NCBI GenBank assembly: GCA_030704615.1
Contig: CM060731.1
Coordinates: 3,534,001-3,598,000, forward strand
From: Takakia lepidozioides
Taxonomy: Eukaryota > Plantae > Bryophyta
DNA: 64,000 nt
Direction of reading: 5' to 3'
The position numbers and the translations under genes were made by a program. Of the stretch, positions 1-12,435 are shown piece after piece. The notes beneath the pieces are model-generated. The model made no database searches. It was not told the origin of the DNA and saw nothing but the letters and a program-made list of their open reading frames with translations. Every line of letters starts with the position of its first letter. The first letter of the stretch is position 1.

Positions 1-577
1 CCCGGTGATTGCCCAATAATAGAAAAACCTTAGGGCTACCAGTTGAAGCTCTGTGAGATTTCAGGAGGGAATCAGAAACAGGCATGCCACGCCTAGAGGA
101 CACCTAATGCAGTGAACCTCAAGAAATGCTTCACAACAGTACGAAGCAAGCAGCAAGAAGCTGTATAACATCCACAAACACACAAGAGAATATGGGACAG
201 TAAAGCATAACAAACACAAACACCAGAATAAAAAAGAGTTCTGAGAAAAGTAAACCACATCAAGAAGCACATCAACTACAAACAAACATAAAAAACTGCT
301 TAGTAATGACGGAGTACAGATAAGCCCTTCCTCAGTGAGAAAGAAATATAGTGACAAGCAGATGCACCAACATGATCATGTAAGCAAAGCAACTTTTGGA
401 CAGCCACAAACTCTCTTGACAGCTCCTAAATTTGCCACACCAAAACCACCCCTTCACTCTGTTGACAGCCACCTATAAACGAAGTAAACAGGAAACAAAC
501 ACGTGCATCACTGCACCAACCAGCTGGAGTATGAAAGGTAAAGTTGAAAGCAAACTGTGAATAGGGGGGAAATATAC

Positions 578-3259
578 CCAGTCCTTTGGGTGAAAACTCC
601 CACAGTTTATTCCTGTCCAAGGCAGGCACAGCAACTCCACGAGGAATGTACACATCCCTACAACTCTCAGCAATTGCCTTCAATGGGCGCTGCTCAAATA
701 TACAAGCCAATGAACATAGTCATCAGTACCTATTTCATCAATTTTCCCCCGGTTGTTCTCATCAGAATGAGATCCTCTTGAGGTACATTCAGAACAGAGT
801 CCTCTGTTTACCAACTTTCAAAAGCTCAAGGCTGCACCTAAAGCCCTGGCCCCTGTTGGGGTCTTACTGCTGGGCTGCTGATCACACACATCAGATTGAT
901 GCTTGTCTGATGGGCTGTCTCGAGGAAATCTGGACAGCCCAGACAATTTGTTTACATCACCACAAGTCCCCATACTGGAGTAAGCCCCTTACAAAGGTAG
1001 TGTCTGTTCTCTTTTGTTCCGCCCTACCTGGCACAGGGTCTATGGCCACAAGGCTACTGCAATGAACATCTTTTGAGTACAGTTTTCTCCCCCCTTCCCA
1101 ATCCCATGGCACAAACGTAAAATTCCAACACTATCTCCCTCTTGTGCTTTCACGGGCCACATCTCAAAACCATCCTCTGCTATATCTCATAACCTCAACT
1201 TGTTCAAACTGCCACTGTGGCATTATCACTATAATGGATACCTACAACTCCCAGAAATAGGAGAAGTGAAGCCCTCTGTACAAACCTGAATTCCATCAAA
1301 AATATTCTCCAAAATCCCAGGCCCAAGATCCACAGATAGAGGCTGCATACATTCCAGCATTATTTCAGCAAGGGCACTTTAGCAGTATGTCAATACAAAC
1401 ATTTACCCATTACTACTCACTGCTTCATGAGCATAAAGGACTACTTCACTATCAGGTGCCAAGCATATAATTGAACATGCTATTGCTATGATTAGGACAA
1501 TCTTTAGGCAATCCCCTCATCAAGACTTTGCCTTCGTCTGATAATAAATAGGAAGTAAAGCACAGAGGGCACCTTATGTGTTCGCAGTACTGGGTCATTA
1601 ACCATCAACCCTGCGGTCTCTTCATACACTGTGCCACTCCACCCCAAAAGATTCTAGAGAAATATCGGATGCATCGGATCATAAGCTGAGGACCATTTAT
1701 CATTCATAACAACAGTTCTCCCTACCTGACCTGAACCCTGTTTCAAATTGGTGCAGCTTACCTGCATGATGCACTCCTTCGTGCAAGTGTATGTTTAATC
1801 AGATCCAGTTTACTATGTTGTTCTATTGTGTCCCATAGGCCATCTGGGCCTCCATGGAAGTGACCGGTTCATTCTTTCTAACTCGTCACCAGAGCATCCC
1901 TCTAATTTCACAACAAGGCTATTACTTTGCCCTCCAATGAACAATAAGCATCAGAAACACTTTAGGCCAGCAGGGGAGCCAAAAGGTGTGGCTCATCTGT
2001 AAAGAACCATCTACTAGTTGGCACTACAAAGGAGGGGGACAAAGCCGATAACCTTTGGGGACTGGTAAAGTCAGGATGTCCATTAGCAAAGTTACCAGAA
2101 GCGGATGCAAACTACAGTATTCACAGGTAACTCCAGGTACCTATGAGTTTCTGAACCAGTATGAAAACTCAAAGGTAAAGGCAATACCTTGGATCGTAGC
2201 AGAGTCCCCCTCTAACCGAATGATCTCACCAATCAGCTTGTCATGGCCCACACGGACCAATTCATACATAGCCGCCCCTCCCATACCCTCAGCAACCACA
2301 ACTGGCCCAGATACCTGGCTCCCCATAGAATTGAAGTCAGGCATATGAAAGTCAGGCTACAAAGTAAAAGTCATGTCTTCTCTAATGATATCATACAGGA
2401 CAATTGCAGTCTCAGTACTCATGCTAAGCTGAAGAACCCTTTCCTTGGGATTCATACAACTGTCCTTCTATTCAACTTCACTATTCAGCTGACATTTTTC
2501 GGAAAAACAGAACACAGCTAAAACAGTGAAAAAAAACCCCAACTCCATAAACCCAGCCATCTGTAATGAGAACCCTACACCTGACAAGAGTATCCCAATA
2601 CCACAAGCAAGCAATCCTAGTGATAGACGTATAATTTACCAAGTGAGAAAGTCTAGCTGAATCAATTACAGCTCTGATGGAACCAATGTCTTCCGAAAAA
2701 AAATAAAAAAATACAGCCATCTCAAACACCCTGTTTTTTCAGGTGTTGTACAAAACTAGCTACTCTCATGTTGAAATTATTACAATTATAAAGATCGCAC
2801 AAGTCCAAGCTTATTTAGATACTTGTAAATGGACATATCTAATGTGTAACAAAGGAGAGTTGAGACACGGTGAACACGTCAAGAACTTCAATCTCAGATT
2901 CAGGTGGAGACATAAGAAATCCAGTGAGTAAAAATCTCAAACCCTTCTAAACGTCATCCCCCGGAATCTTGAGTTTACCTTTCCAACTAGCACCTCACTA
3001 CAAGTGCCACCGACTAAGAGTAGACACCATCGGAGAAAAACATGTTCAGCACGAGCTCGGACCGCCAGATCTGAGCTGAGAATGTCAATAATTGGAAAAT
3101 CCTGTCCGACAACGATCAACTGCCTCACATTTTACAAACCGTCACTCGATCGGCAAAACAAATGAGAGCAGTGAACCGAACCTTGCGAACAAAGCCATAC
3201 TCGCTCTCCTTCTCGTCATCCTCAAAAGTCGCAAGTCGTTCTCCACCGATAGCCGGCAT
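578..3259 (-). CDS. VHA-A: V-type H+-ATPase catalytic subunit A, 5' part (gene continues beyond the window start)
   Basis: GT-AG exons 3259-3182, 2314-2188, 1628-1573, 1342-1286, 689-578 splice in frame to [112 protein letters not shown]...DVYIPRG, the typical plant VHA-A N-terminus. Confidence 0.97.
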
Positions 3260-4305
3260 TGCTTCCGCTCCTCCTCGCCTCGCTCCCTTCGACTCCCTCC
3301 ACAACCTCCGAGCTCCCGAGCTATGGCCGATCTCTTACGCGTATGAAGCTCGTGCCCAGCCTGTTCTTCCGCGAGGAAAGAGAATGTTGACGTGTCTCTC
3401 GCTGCAGCCGCCACCTCATTACGGCTCCGGACGAAGATGGTCGTGGGCTCAAAACCGCCAATAGCCATTTTCAGTGAACGCTACAAGTCACGTATACTTC
3501 AATCCCGCTAAACATGGCCAAGCTGTGGCTTCCTTGGATAAAATTCATCCACCGACCCCTTCAACCTCATGGCACCCCTGTTTGTACAATATACGTATAT
3601 ATATTCTCATTTTATATTCTCGTAACAGCCAATAAAGAAGTCCCACGTGGGTTCCTGGTAAACGGCGCACCGATATTCATCCAATTGGCTACATCATTCG
3701 TCGGTTCCTCTTTTGGGTCCCTAGGACAAGTATCATGTTTTTGTTTGTACGCAAGAAGACATTCCATCCACTTACTTAACTTAGTGGGCCACATTGCGCT
3801 CTGCACGTCCGTACAATGGAGAATGAGGGCGTAGACACACGGTTAGGGCGTAGACATACGGGCGGATGAATCGGAGACGACCATTGGCCGAGGGGAAACC
3901 GCACACTAACACGCGGGAGGAAGCTGGTTCTAGTGGAAGCTGGTTCTAGTGGAAGCTGATGTGTCTATTGACATGGACGGTTTTGGAAACCGCAACACTT
4001 CCGGGCACTTCCGGCTGGAAGTGCCCGGACCTTTGAAAAGTTTTGTGATGTGAAATGCAGGGCCCACCGTCTTCCGTCTTCCCCAACTTCTTTCACGCAG
4101 CTCTTCACTACAGTTTCCACAAAATCAGGAAAATCCACGGTTGAACACCAACACAACGTCTATATGTTTGCTGCAACATCCACCCTTGCCTATGTGTTAC
4201 TTTTCATTGGAAAAATGGGTGGAAGAAGGGGTGTCAGACGCTCTCTTCCACTGCCGCTCGTGAGAAAAGGGCCTGAGAATCTGGTGAAATCTTATTGTTG
4301 AAGTG

Positions 4306-4400
4306 ATTTTTTTTTTGTTAACAGGGGGATTATAGCCCTGATTAACTTTATTATAAAAAAAATTTGGGTGGGCGAAAGCCCTTACAAGTTATTTGGGATT
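4306..4400 (-). mobile_element. Extreme 3' end of a non-LTR retroelement (family shared with 8960, 19412, 23640)
   Basis: Minus strand reads AATAAAG...CAGGGCTATAATCCCCCTGTTAAC followed by an A-tail, matching the ends of the other copies. Confidence 0.55.
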
Positions 4401-6680
4401 ATTCGGGGAAAAAAATTAACCTCTAAAACGCCAAAAGGCACACACACCGTAATCAGTGAATGAACGACCCAGACCTCCTATGGAGGATTGAACTTTGAAC
4501 TTGACTAAGACGCATGAACAAGCCTATCCAGGCTTGAACAAATACTTAGACCAAAAAGCACTATGCTCCTCTTCCATGGAACAATGTAGAACTAGCTAAA
4601 GCCACTTTGAACTCATTAAGTCATTGACTTCTCTTCATGCAACGAAGTTTGTGGATTGTTCAAGTGCATTCAAATATGAGTGTACCTCATTACATTCAAT
4701 TTCAAGATTCAAATTTCAACTATGATGTTCAACCTCAATGTATGAAGGCTAATTTTTACGTTGCAAATGGGCATAAGGGGTTGCCTTTGGATCCGAAAGC
4801 TCTCAATTAGATTGAATTATGATTCAAATTCAATGATTGGTGTTTGAGCCTAATGAAACAAGTGAAGCAGTAACAAACATATTCTTCTGATTATGTGTTT
4901 TTGTTCAACCACGTTTTGGACACTTCTAGGTATCCTCTCCATACAGCTTTATTATGATAGTCTTGCTCTCTGTCTCATTTGACATCCCAATACTCAACCC
5001 AAGGCAGAAACGAAAGAACACAATGCATTAGATCAAGACTTCAAATTATATGTACAATCTTTCAAGAAGAACAACGACGCTAAATCGCTAAATTTTTATC
5101 TGCGATAACATCAATTCTCTCCATGTAAAATCTGAAACAAAATGGGAACTTCACTCCAAGAACAAGCGTGATTGAAGGAAATCAATGAGCACAAATAGAG
5201 AAATTGTCCTGTTGAGGAACGAATCTATTGAGTGAGACATAGTGTTGTTCAGGTAAAAATATTGCAGCTACTATAGCTTACCAACCTATCATGCTGTCAC
5301 TTTGTCTCCCGAGGTGACCTCTGTCCAAGCAATGGCCAACTTCTAAGCAAATAATATAGAAACATTGTTTTGAGATCTTAGGATTCAAATTTCAAAATTG
5401 ATGCCCAATTCCAGCAAATAAGGGCTACTTAAGGGCTACTTTAAACTGTGTTTTAGTACATGGATATCCTATAGAAGCCATCGAGGTTTACTTAGACTCT
5501 AAAGATTGACTACTTCTAAATGGCAGATTTGAAGCCTCAGTTCAGCCTCTAGAGAGTCCCCTTACATCCGAGGATACATTGTCAAGAAAATAGTTGTCTT
5601 ACAAAAGTTGGATAATTTAATTTAATTGATGAGTGAAAGCTAAAGGTCAAGCTTTTCTAGCGTCGTCTTAGGTGGGCTGATAGACATCAAAGTGACATGA
5701 AACTAGTGAGTACATACCAAATGAAAACGTAATTAGAAGCATGACATTGTAAATCTTCAGATATAAAATTGTTCATACTGACTTCTTTTGGATCTAAAGA
5801 GCCCCCCTTAGGACTCTATGTCCCATGTAGTTTTTGACTAAAACTGTTGTATATGCTTGAAATTTGCAATATGTTATATGCATAAATTGTTGAGTGACAT
5901 CTCCAGAAAACACATTAAAATAATTCAAATTTGTAAACAAGCACAAGATGATGACACAAATAAGACTTTGACATGATCCCTCTTGCATCCAATCCAAAAA
6001 TTATGATGTACTCAACAAAATAACAAATTTATGTTCATAGAAAGGTAAAGTAACAAAGTCATAAAGATATCAAAGAAATAGGTCAAATACAACAAAAAGT
6101 GATGCAAATCACATGACTCTCGTCTTCTCTAATTTGATCCATCATATGTGATATCATTCTTCCATGTTTTTGAGTGACTAGCCCTCTTACCATAATCCAA
6201 CAAAGTTCAACTATGGTAATAGCATAATTTTGAATAACAATGTTGAATGCGCTCATATAACGGTAATTGAAGAATTGGTTTTTACAATGATAGGATAAAT
6301 GAAGACAAATATAATGCTAAATTACATATAAAATTGTCATATAAGCGTTATCCATCAATTATGTTTGCGGCAAAGATACGCATTTCTGATTGCATAAATG
6401 AAATGATGTTGCGTGTAGGAAACTGGGTTGAGGCTATTGATCCAAGTTTAACATTGTTGTTTTCAAGTATGTTCAATATCGTGGGTCACATCGATCAAGT
6501 TGTGGAATTTAAGAGAAGAATCTGGAGCTGAGGAAGATCTAGCTGGTAAAAAAAAAAATTGGAGACGGGAGCTCTATGCTATATGTGGTATTGCTTGAAT
6601 TTTTAGGACGAGACTAGAAGTAATATGAGGACCGATATTGCCTTTGTCTATGGTTATGATGTGATCTAGATTTTTTTACA

Positions 6681-7790
6681 GTTATTATCTTAACATTGAG
6701 GACTTTGTTGGGGCTTACTTAAGAGCACTTCTAGTTTTGTTCTCAAAATTCATTCAATGCCAATATCCGAGAAATTTGTAATTCAAATTTCAAAGAAAAT
6801 TGCCGTTAGACTCACTTCACTAAGAAACCTCACAAGGATGCCCTTGTTAAGGAGGCGGCCGAGGTTTTTTTTTTCTAATATTTTGATTTTGTTCCCATTT
6901 ACGAGAGATACTTGGATGGATAGACGTGGAGAGCACGGATGAGCTTATCATTTTATTTTTTTTAAATCAAACTTGTGATGTAGTTTATTTTGATTTAATC
7001 TATGATGCTACTTTTCGAATTAATAGTTGTTATTGTTGGATGTAGAATGGGATCCATTGAATAGAGGCATGTTGTGGTGCAAGTATTGTTCAAAGCCACA
7101 ACCCGTTGATTTAGGCTGCTTGAGAGAACATTACAATACAAAGCATTGGCATGTTGTCTGCCAAGATGTAATGTCAGAGGATTAGACTTACTACCATTTT
7201 GTTTATAAAAGAAAGGAGAAGACCCTTCATGTTGTGCCCGTGTATGAAACCAAAAAACATTGGAAGGAAGAATTTCAATATTTAGATGTTGGGAAACATT
7301 CTTACAAGGAAATTTTTTCACCAAACAAAGTAGTAGAGCTAGCCGTGCCTACAAATATTCTTATCCTATTAGTAAATGATGTTTTCACGTCTGATAAGCT
7401 TGTCATGATGGAAGAAGAAGCATGTTTTTTAACCACCAAAGGTTGTGCGAAGAAAAGAGGAGAAAAGAAGTTTGGGTTCACTGATGCAAACCTTTGGATT
7501 AAATGCTAGAAACAAGCTTGCTTGGTAAGTCGAAGTATTGTATGATTATTTTTTATTAAATTAAGTTTACATCAAAATGATTTGATGCGGGTTTTTGCAC
7601 AGAGATGAGCGTTGTTATAAACGTTCTATACATCTTGCCAAAGTTGTCACTGGAGCATTCCTTAAAGCATTTCCTTTAAACATTTGGAAGACGTTAAAGA
7701 CTTGATTAAAGGAATCGGTTGTGGAGAAGCATGCCTTGGGAATACTCCATTAACCTGAATGTCTGTACCGAAGGACTATGATTGTGCATG
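6681..7790 (+). pseudogene. Degenerate multi-exon gene: C2H2-type zinc finger(s) plus a putative TET/JBP-like 2OG-Fe(II) dioxygenase segment
   Basis: The frame from 7048 gives LWCKYCSKPQPVDLGCLREHYNTKH (CxxC..H..H). After the intron gtaagt...cacag (7525-7602) it reads SIHLAKVVTGAFLKAFP/(frameshift)/KHLEDVKDLIKGIGCGEACLGNTPLT*MSVPKDYDCA. Several stops and frameshifts. Confidence 0.4.
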
Positions 7791-8184
7791 TTAGAGCTGA
7801 ATTGAGAGGCCTTCGAGAAAAATCACCTGAAACAGTAATCCAAACACATGATCTCTCCACCGCAACACCGGATAAGCTCCTCAACTTGGTCCTTCTTGGG
7901 GAGCTCAATTATGTTCTTTAGCTTAACCAATCCAATGGCCAATGCTTTGTTTTTTTTCCAATTGTCGTGAGAAAGAGGCCCAAAATCTTTCCCGCCTTCC
8001 ACTTACTATCTCCTTCATTGAACCACCCCATCTCATAGTCTACAACCAATTAACATGTCAAAAATAAAAACTTGCAATACTATATAATCATGGATATTTG
8101 ACATTCAATAAAAACCAGATGGAAGTAACATGAATAACATGACTTAGGTTCAAAAAGAATGATACAAAATAATCATAGAAAACT

Positions 8185-8767
8185 CTAAACCTTATTTTTG
8201 AATGTAAGCCATGGATGCATGGATGCTGTTCTGTCAAAAATAAATAGAATTATAACAATATTGAAGGCATTTACTTGAACTATCGCTACACTGAAGTGTA
8301 GCTCTGTAGAATGCCCCCATAAGCTGTGTCGGAATATTCTTGTCGACAAGGACTTGTGCTTTTCTCGATGCCGCCATGACAAGCTAGTATGTATCATTCT
8401 TCGTCAAGGATTTTCAATCCTTCTTCCCAGAGCTGCAGATGAAATCATGAGGAAGCAGTGCACACAAATCTCAAATACACTTTGCAGTGAACTGCCATAC
8501 ATAATGCTCACCCAACATTGCACGTGCCTCTCTCCTCACTTCTGCCTCCAAGTGAAGCACCTGACTCTGTTGGACTTTTGCTATGCTTGCCTCGATTGCC
8601 TCAAAGCGGCTATCGAAGCACTGCGACATGTCTTCTTGGCCTTTTGCAAGCCGCTCGAAGCCCGCAACATGAGCTCTGCTAGGTCTGGCCCATCTCCCAT
8701 ACATGATATGGGAAGCAAAGGCGATGGCCAAGGGCAATGCAGACAAATGACGAAGGGCTATAGCCAA
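8185..8767 (-). pseudogene. Decayed coding sequence of unknown family
   Basis: The frame ...FDSRFEAIEASIAKVQQSQVLHLEAEVRREARAMLGEHYVWQFTAKCI*DLCALLPHDFICSSGRRIENP*RRMIH... continues through two TGA codons that could be deaminated CGA. Confidence 0.35.
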
Positions 8768-8959
8768 CGGTGATGGTCTTGCCCAACCTACACATGACCA
8801 ACCTAAGTTAAATAGAGACTAGTCTGGTTGAATAAATCATGTTCACAAAAAAAAAAACAATCAGTTTGCAGCCTCAACAATAATGAAACAGTTCTTTGAC
8901 AATCCTTTGACAATTCATGGGGGAAATGAAGGCTTATCTCCAGAAGAATATCAAATTAG

Positions 8960-9437
8960 AGATGTCGTGACAAGAAGATCTCCCAAACTGCTGGCAGCTC
9001 TGTCAATACTAAGGATTTTCCGCTGGAATCTGAGGACGTTGAGGTCAATTGGAGGCACAAGCGTACCCTTAGAAATGGAAAATCAAAGACTCGTTTGTCT
9101 TTTGATGCTCCTAAGAGAAAACGTGGTAGCATGTAAAGTTAGCAATCTTAGATGCTCTATGTGGTCTCGGGGCCTGGCCTTTCTCCTTTTTAGTTTTCAC
9201 TTTCTCATTGTAGTGCTCTTTGCGAGTATGTAGTACTACTCCTTGGTCTTTTTTCTGCTCTGGGCTTTGCCCTTGTTTCTCTTCTTGAACTGTGGGTTAT
9301 TGGTTATGAGTGGCACCTCATTCATCAGCCTTATGGCTCTTGTAAAGTTATTTTTTCATTACCCTTCATTTATAAAGTATTACAAGGCTACAATCCCCCT
9401 GTTCTTGTAAAAAAATAAAAATAAAAATAAAAAATAA
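8960..9437 (+). mobile_element. 5'-truncated LINE 3' end: terminal coding frame, pyrimidine-rich 3' UTR, A-rich tail
   Basis: Frame ends ...WRHKRTLRNGKSKTRLSFDAPKRKRGSM* (stop at 9134-9136), homologous to the 23.9-kb copy. The 3' end is AAGGCTACAATCCCCCTG followed by an A-rich tail. Confidence 0.7.
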
Positions 9438-10528
9438 AACAGTGGAAGGGGGAGCACGAGGCAACAGCAGGCTAGAAAGCGGAAACAGAAACAGTTGTAC
9501 CCGTTGCAGCAATGACAAACGCCATGGCCATGACGAAAGGACTGAAACAACAAAGCTCTGAAAATTTCAAGAGAATGCCCCAGCCCCGGTGCTTGGTACC
9601 ATTGGAAAGCCCTCGACGAGGAGGGGTGCACGAGCTTGGTCTCATAGTTCTTGGACCTATGGTGTGGGAGATATGGAATTTAAAATTACTTTTGGTTGCT
9701 CGAAATTCATGAAAAATAGCAAAGTGGGCATTCATGGGACAATGGTTGGAGCCTCGACAAGAGAGATATCAAGGGAAAGGTCTCCGGTTCAAATCTGGTC
9801 GTAGGTTCTGTGGAAAAAAAAATGATGAGATATGGCCAAAACGAATTTCAAAGTGGGTTTTATTCGAGCACTGATTGGCCCTTCATGTGGGTTATTTGGA
9901 ATTTCAAATGTTTTGGGTTGCTGGAAATCCGTGAAAAGTATCAAATTGGATATACCAATATAAGCAAGTTAGTTATGCAGTTTATGCCATTGAGAACCTT
10001 AGATTCCATACCAACCTTAGCCTACGTGAGAAGAAAAAGTACATGAAGTTTATTGGCTCTTCTTTATTCTAAAAAGGAGACTACGCATTAAAAAACGCTA
10101 AGTCTATGTTGTGCATTTCCCAGGTGTCATCTCCAGGTAGCACCTCCCTTAAGTAACATCTCTCTTATTGATCAATTTATGAAGAACAAATTGATGATTT
10201 TCTCAAGTTTATTATGGATGAAAGTAAACTTAACTGTTCAAAACTGGGAGGAGCCATACGCAACTAGCCGCTTGTTTTGAATAGTTTAATCCCATGAAAA
10301 TGGATGATAAGCCATATTGATGAATGAAAACACCTTATGTTGTCATTGTAACGAAAGGAATATGTTTTCAGCATTGTTATCATAGGTAAGGCGAGGCTGA
10401 CTTGCATTTACACAATTTTTTTTTTTTGGAGAATGCAACGGGTGGAAGTCGCCGCCGACTCGCCTCTTATACCAATCTGTCGATTGAAAGATAATCACTT
10501 AAAATGTTGAATTCGGCGTCGATACAAT

Positions 10529-11450
10529 CACTACTACGTTTAGGGGGGTTTAGCGACGTATGTCCCCCACATGGCGCCTCTCCCGTGCAATGCCCCCCCC
10601 GCACCCCATCTTGCAACGCCCTGGGCGTCGCTCGACCCCCGTGCGACATTTCCGGCATCGCAGGAATAATGCCAAAATCCACAAAAACGTGAATTTTGGC
10701 CAAGTCCTACAATGAGTAAAGTTTGAAAAAAAACGTCGCAGACCAACTACGACGCACTGGGGGGTCGGCCCCTAGTGCGACCTTCCGGACGTCGGTTGGG
10801 AGGTGGCGAGGCCCAGGGCGTTGCTTCAAGGACCCGAAGGGGGGGAAACCAAAAAATAATAAAATAATAAAATAATAACAATACATCGTTTTTTAAAGGC
10901 GACGCCTTGGGGGTCACTTTTTGAGTTTTTTTTTTTTGAATTTTTGCTAAGTCATTTTAGCGATGTCTGAAGCGTTGATTAAAATTACTTGATCATTTTT
11001 TGCTTTCTGCACTAGAGGGTAGGAAAAGCGACGCCAGAGACGTCGCTTACATTTGAGCGACGCGAGGAGTGTCGCTTTGAGGTCTTGACGAGCAATCGAT
11101 GTCTGTATGAACTACCTTATGTGTAATTAAACCATATGCTCGTGTGTAAGTTTTAAAATTGATATGTTGGTTAGTGTGAAGTATCTTACTGTGTGTTTAA
11201 TCTAGAGGTTTTGAGTTCAAGTTTGCCTAACAACACGTTGAATGATTTAGGAACTCGATATGTGTCGGCTACTTGCAAACACATGCTCATGAATTAGGTT
11301 TGACATTAATTCGATGCTGCCACTACGTGTGACAAGTGTGTATCTTGCCATTTTTTGAACCGATTCCAAAAATAATGACCTAACAAGGACAGACTCATAG
11401 AGATAAAAATACAACAAAACAAAACAATAGCGACCCCATGGCGTCGCTTA
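10529..11450 (+). mobile_element. CACTA (En/Spm) transposon terminus with subterminal repeats, truncated
   Basis: Begins CACTACTACGTTTAG, followed by many direct and inverted (A)GCGACG(CC) units, e.g. GCGACGCCAGAGACGTCGC and GCGACCCCATGGCGTCGC. No matching second terminus found. Confidence 0.6.
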
Positions 11451-12435
11451 CATATATATATTTTAATTTTTTTCCGTGTGTCTGTATGACTTTGGGTTTC
11501 CTGGCTGCTTGGGGGGTGGGGGGTGGAGCTGTCTGCATACTGGGCAGATTAGGGGGTTCAATCCTCTCGCAGCTCTTGGGAATGTGTATTTGTCTTGTGA
11601 TGGAGGATGTTGACGGTTGGGCATGACGGCTGACCAACAGAGCCCAGAGTGGGGGTGAATTACCTGCGGGGTCTCTTCGGGTTCTTTCGTGAGGGCCCGC
11701 CTTGTTTGTTGGGTTATGGCGACGTGGCCCCCACAAAACCCCCGCCGGAAAGTGCAACCTGCTCCGGCCATAACAACCTGAACTGGGACAAAAACTGCTC
11801 GATTGCAGATATGAGCCTGACAATTTTGCAGAATCCAAAACTTTTTTCACCATTGTCTCTGCATTGTTGCAGAGCATCACCTCACCGTAGGAATTTTGTT
11901 TCAGGGAAAAAAAAAAATGATCCCATGGGCCACATTGCAAACTAGTGTACAAGAATGGCATTTTTCCTTCCCCCCCCAATTTGACATACAAAGGACCCCC
12001 AACACAATTTGGGGGGATTGGGCTACAAATTCTTGAATGCATGGTGTGAGTGCCCATGAGTGTGAATATGTAGGGCATTCCCACAGGAAAAATAAAAAAC
12101 CCCAATTGTACCTTGGTCAAAGCTTTTATTTGGGGTGAAATTCGTGGCCATGTGAAAAAACAACATTACCATTTTGTTATAATCTGCCAGTTGCAACGTG
12201 GAAACTGTCTGAAAATTCATAGGCAGATGGATGTAGTAGATAGGAACATTTCTATGAGGTCCATTTCTGTGGATGATTTAGGGCAGGAAGTTATGGCCTC
12301 ATCCATCCCAGACTCCAGTATGTATGTTTTTTGGGCTGGCCCACCAAAACGGTGGTCGTCGGTTAAGGGTTAATCCATCTTAATATTTAAGATAATCGGT
12401 AGAAAATGACTCAATGAATTGAAATGTCTGCAAAC

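Noticed and set aside
1-30. Possible next VHA-A exon (minus strand reads ...AITG)
   Set aside because: The expected preceding residues and a suitable AG acceptor are missing, and it is too short to call.
3919-3958. 16-bp tandem repeat GGAAGCTGGTTCTAGT upstream of VHA-A
   Set aside because: Only about 2.5 copies and no supportable function.
9440-10030. Repeat-like segment with an internal duplication (ATATGGAATTTAAAATT / ATTTGGAATTTCAAATG)
   Set aside because: Probably TE-derived, but no termini, TSD or coding evidence allow classification.
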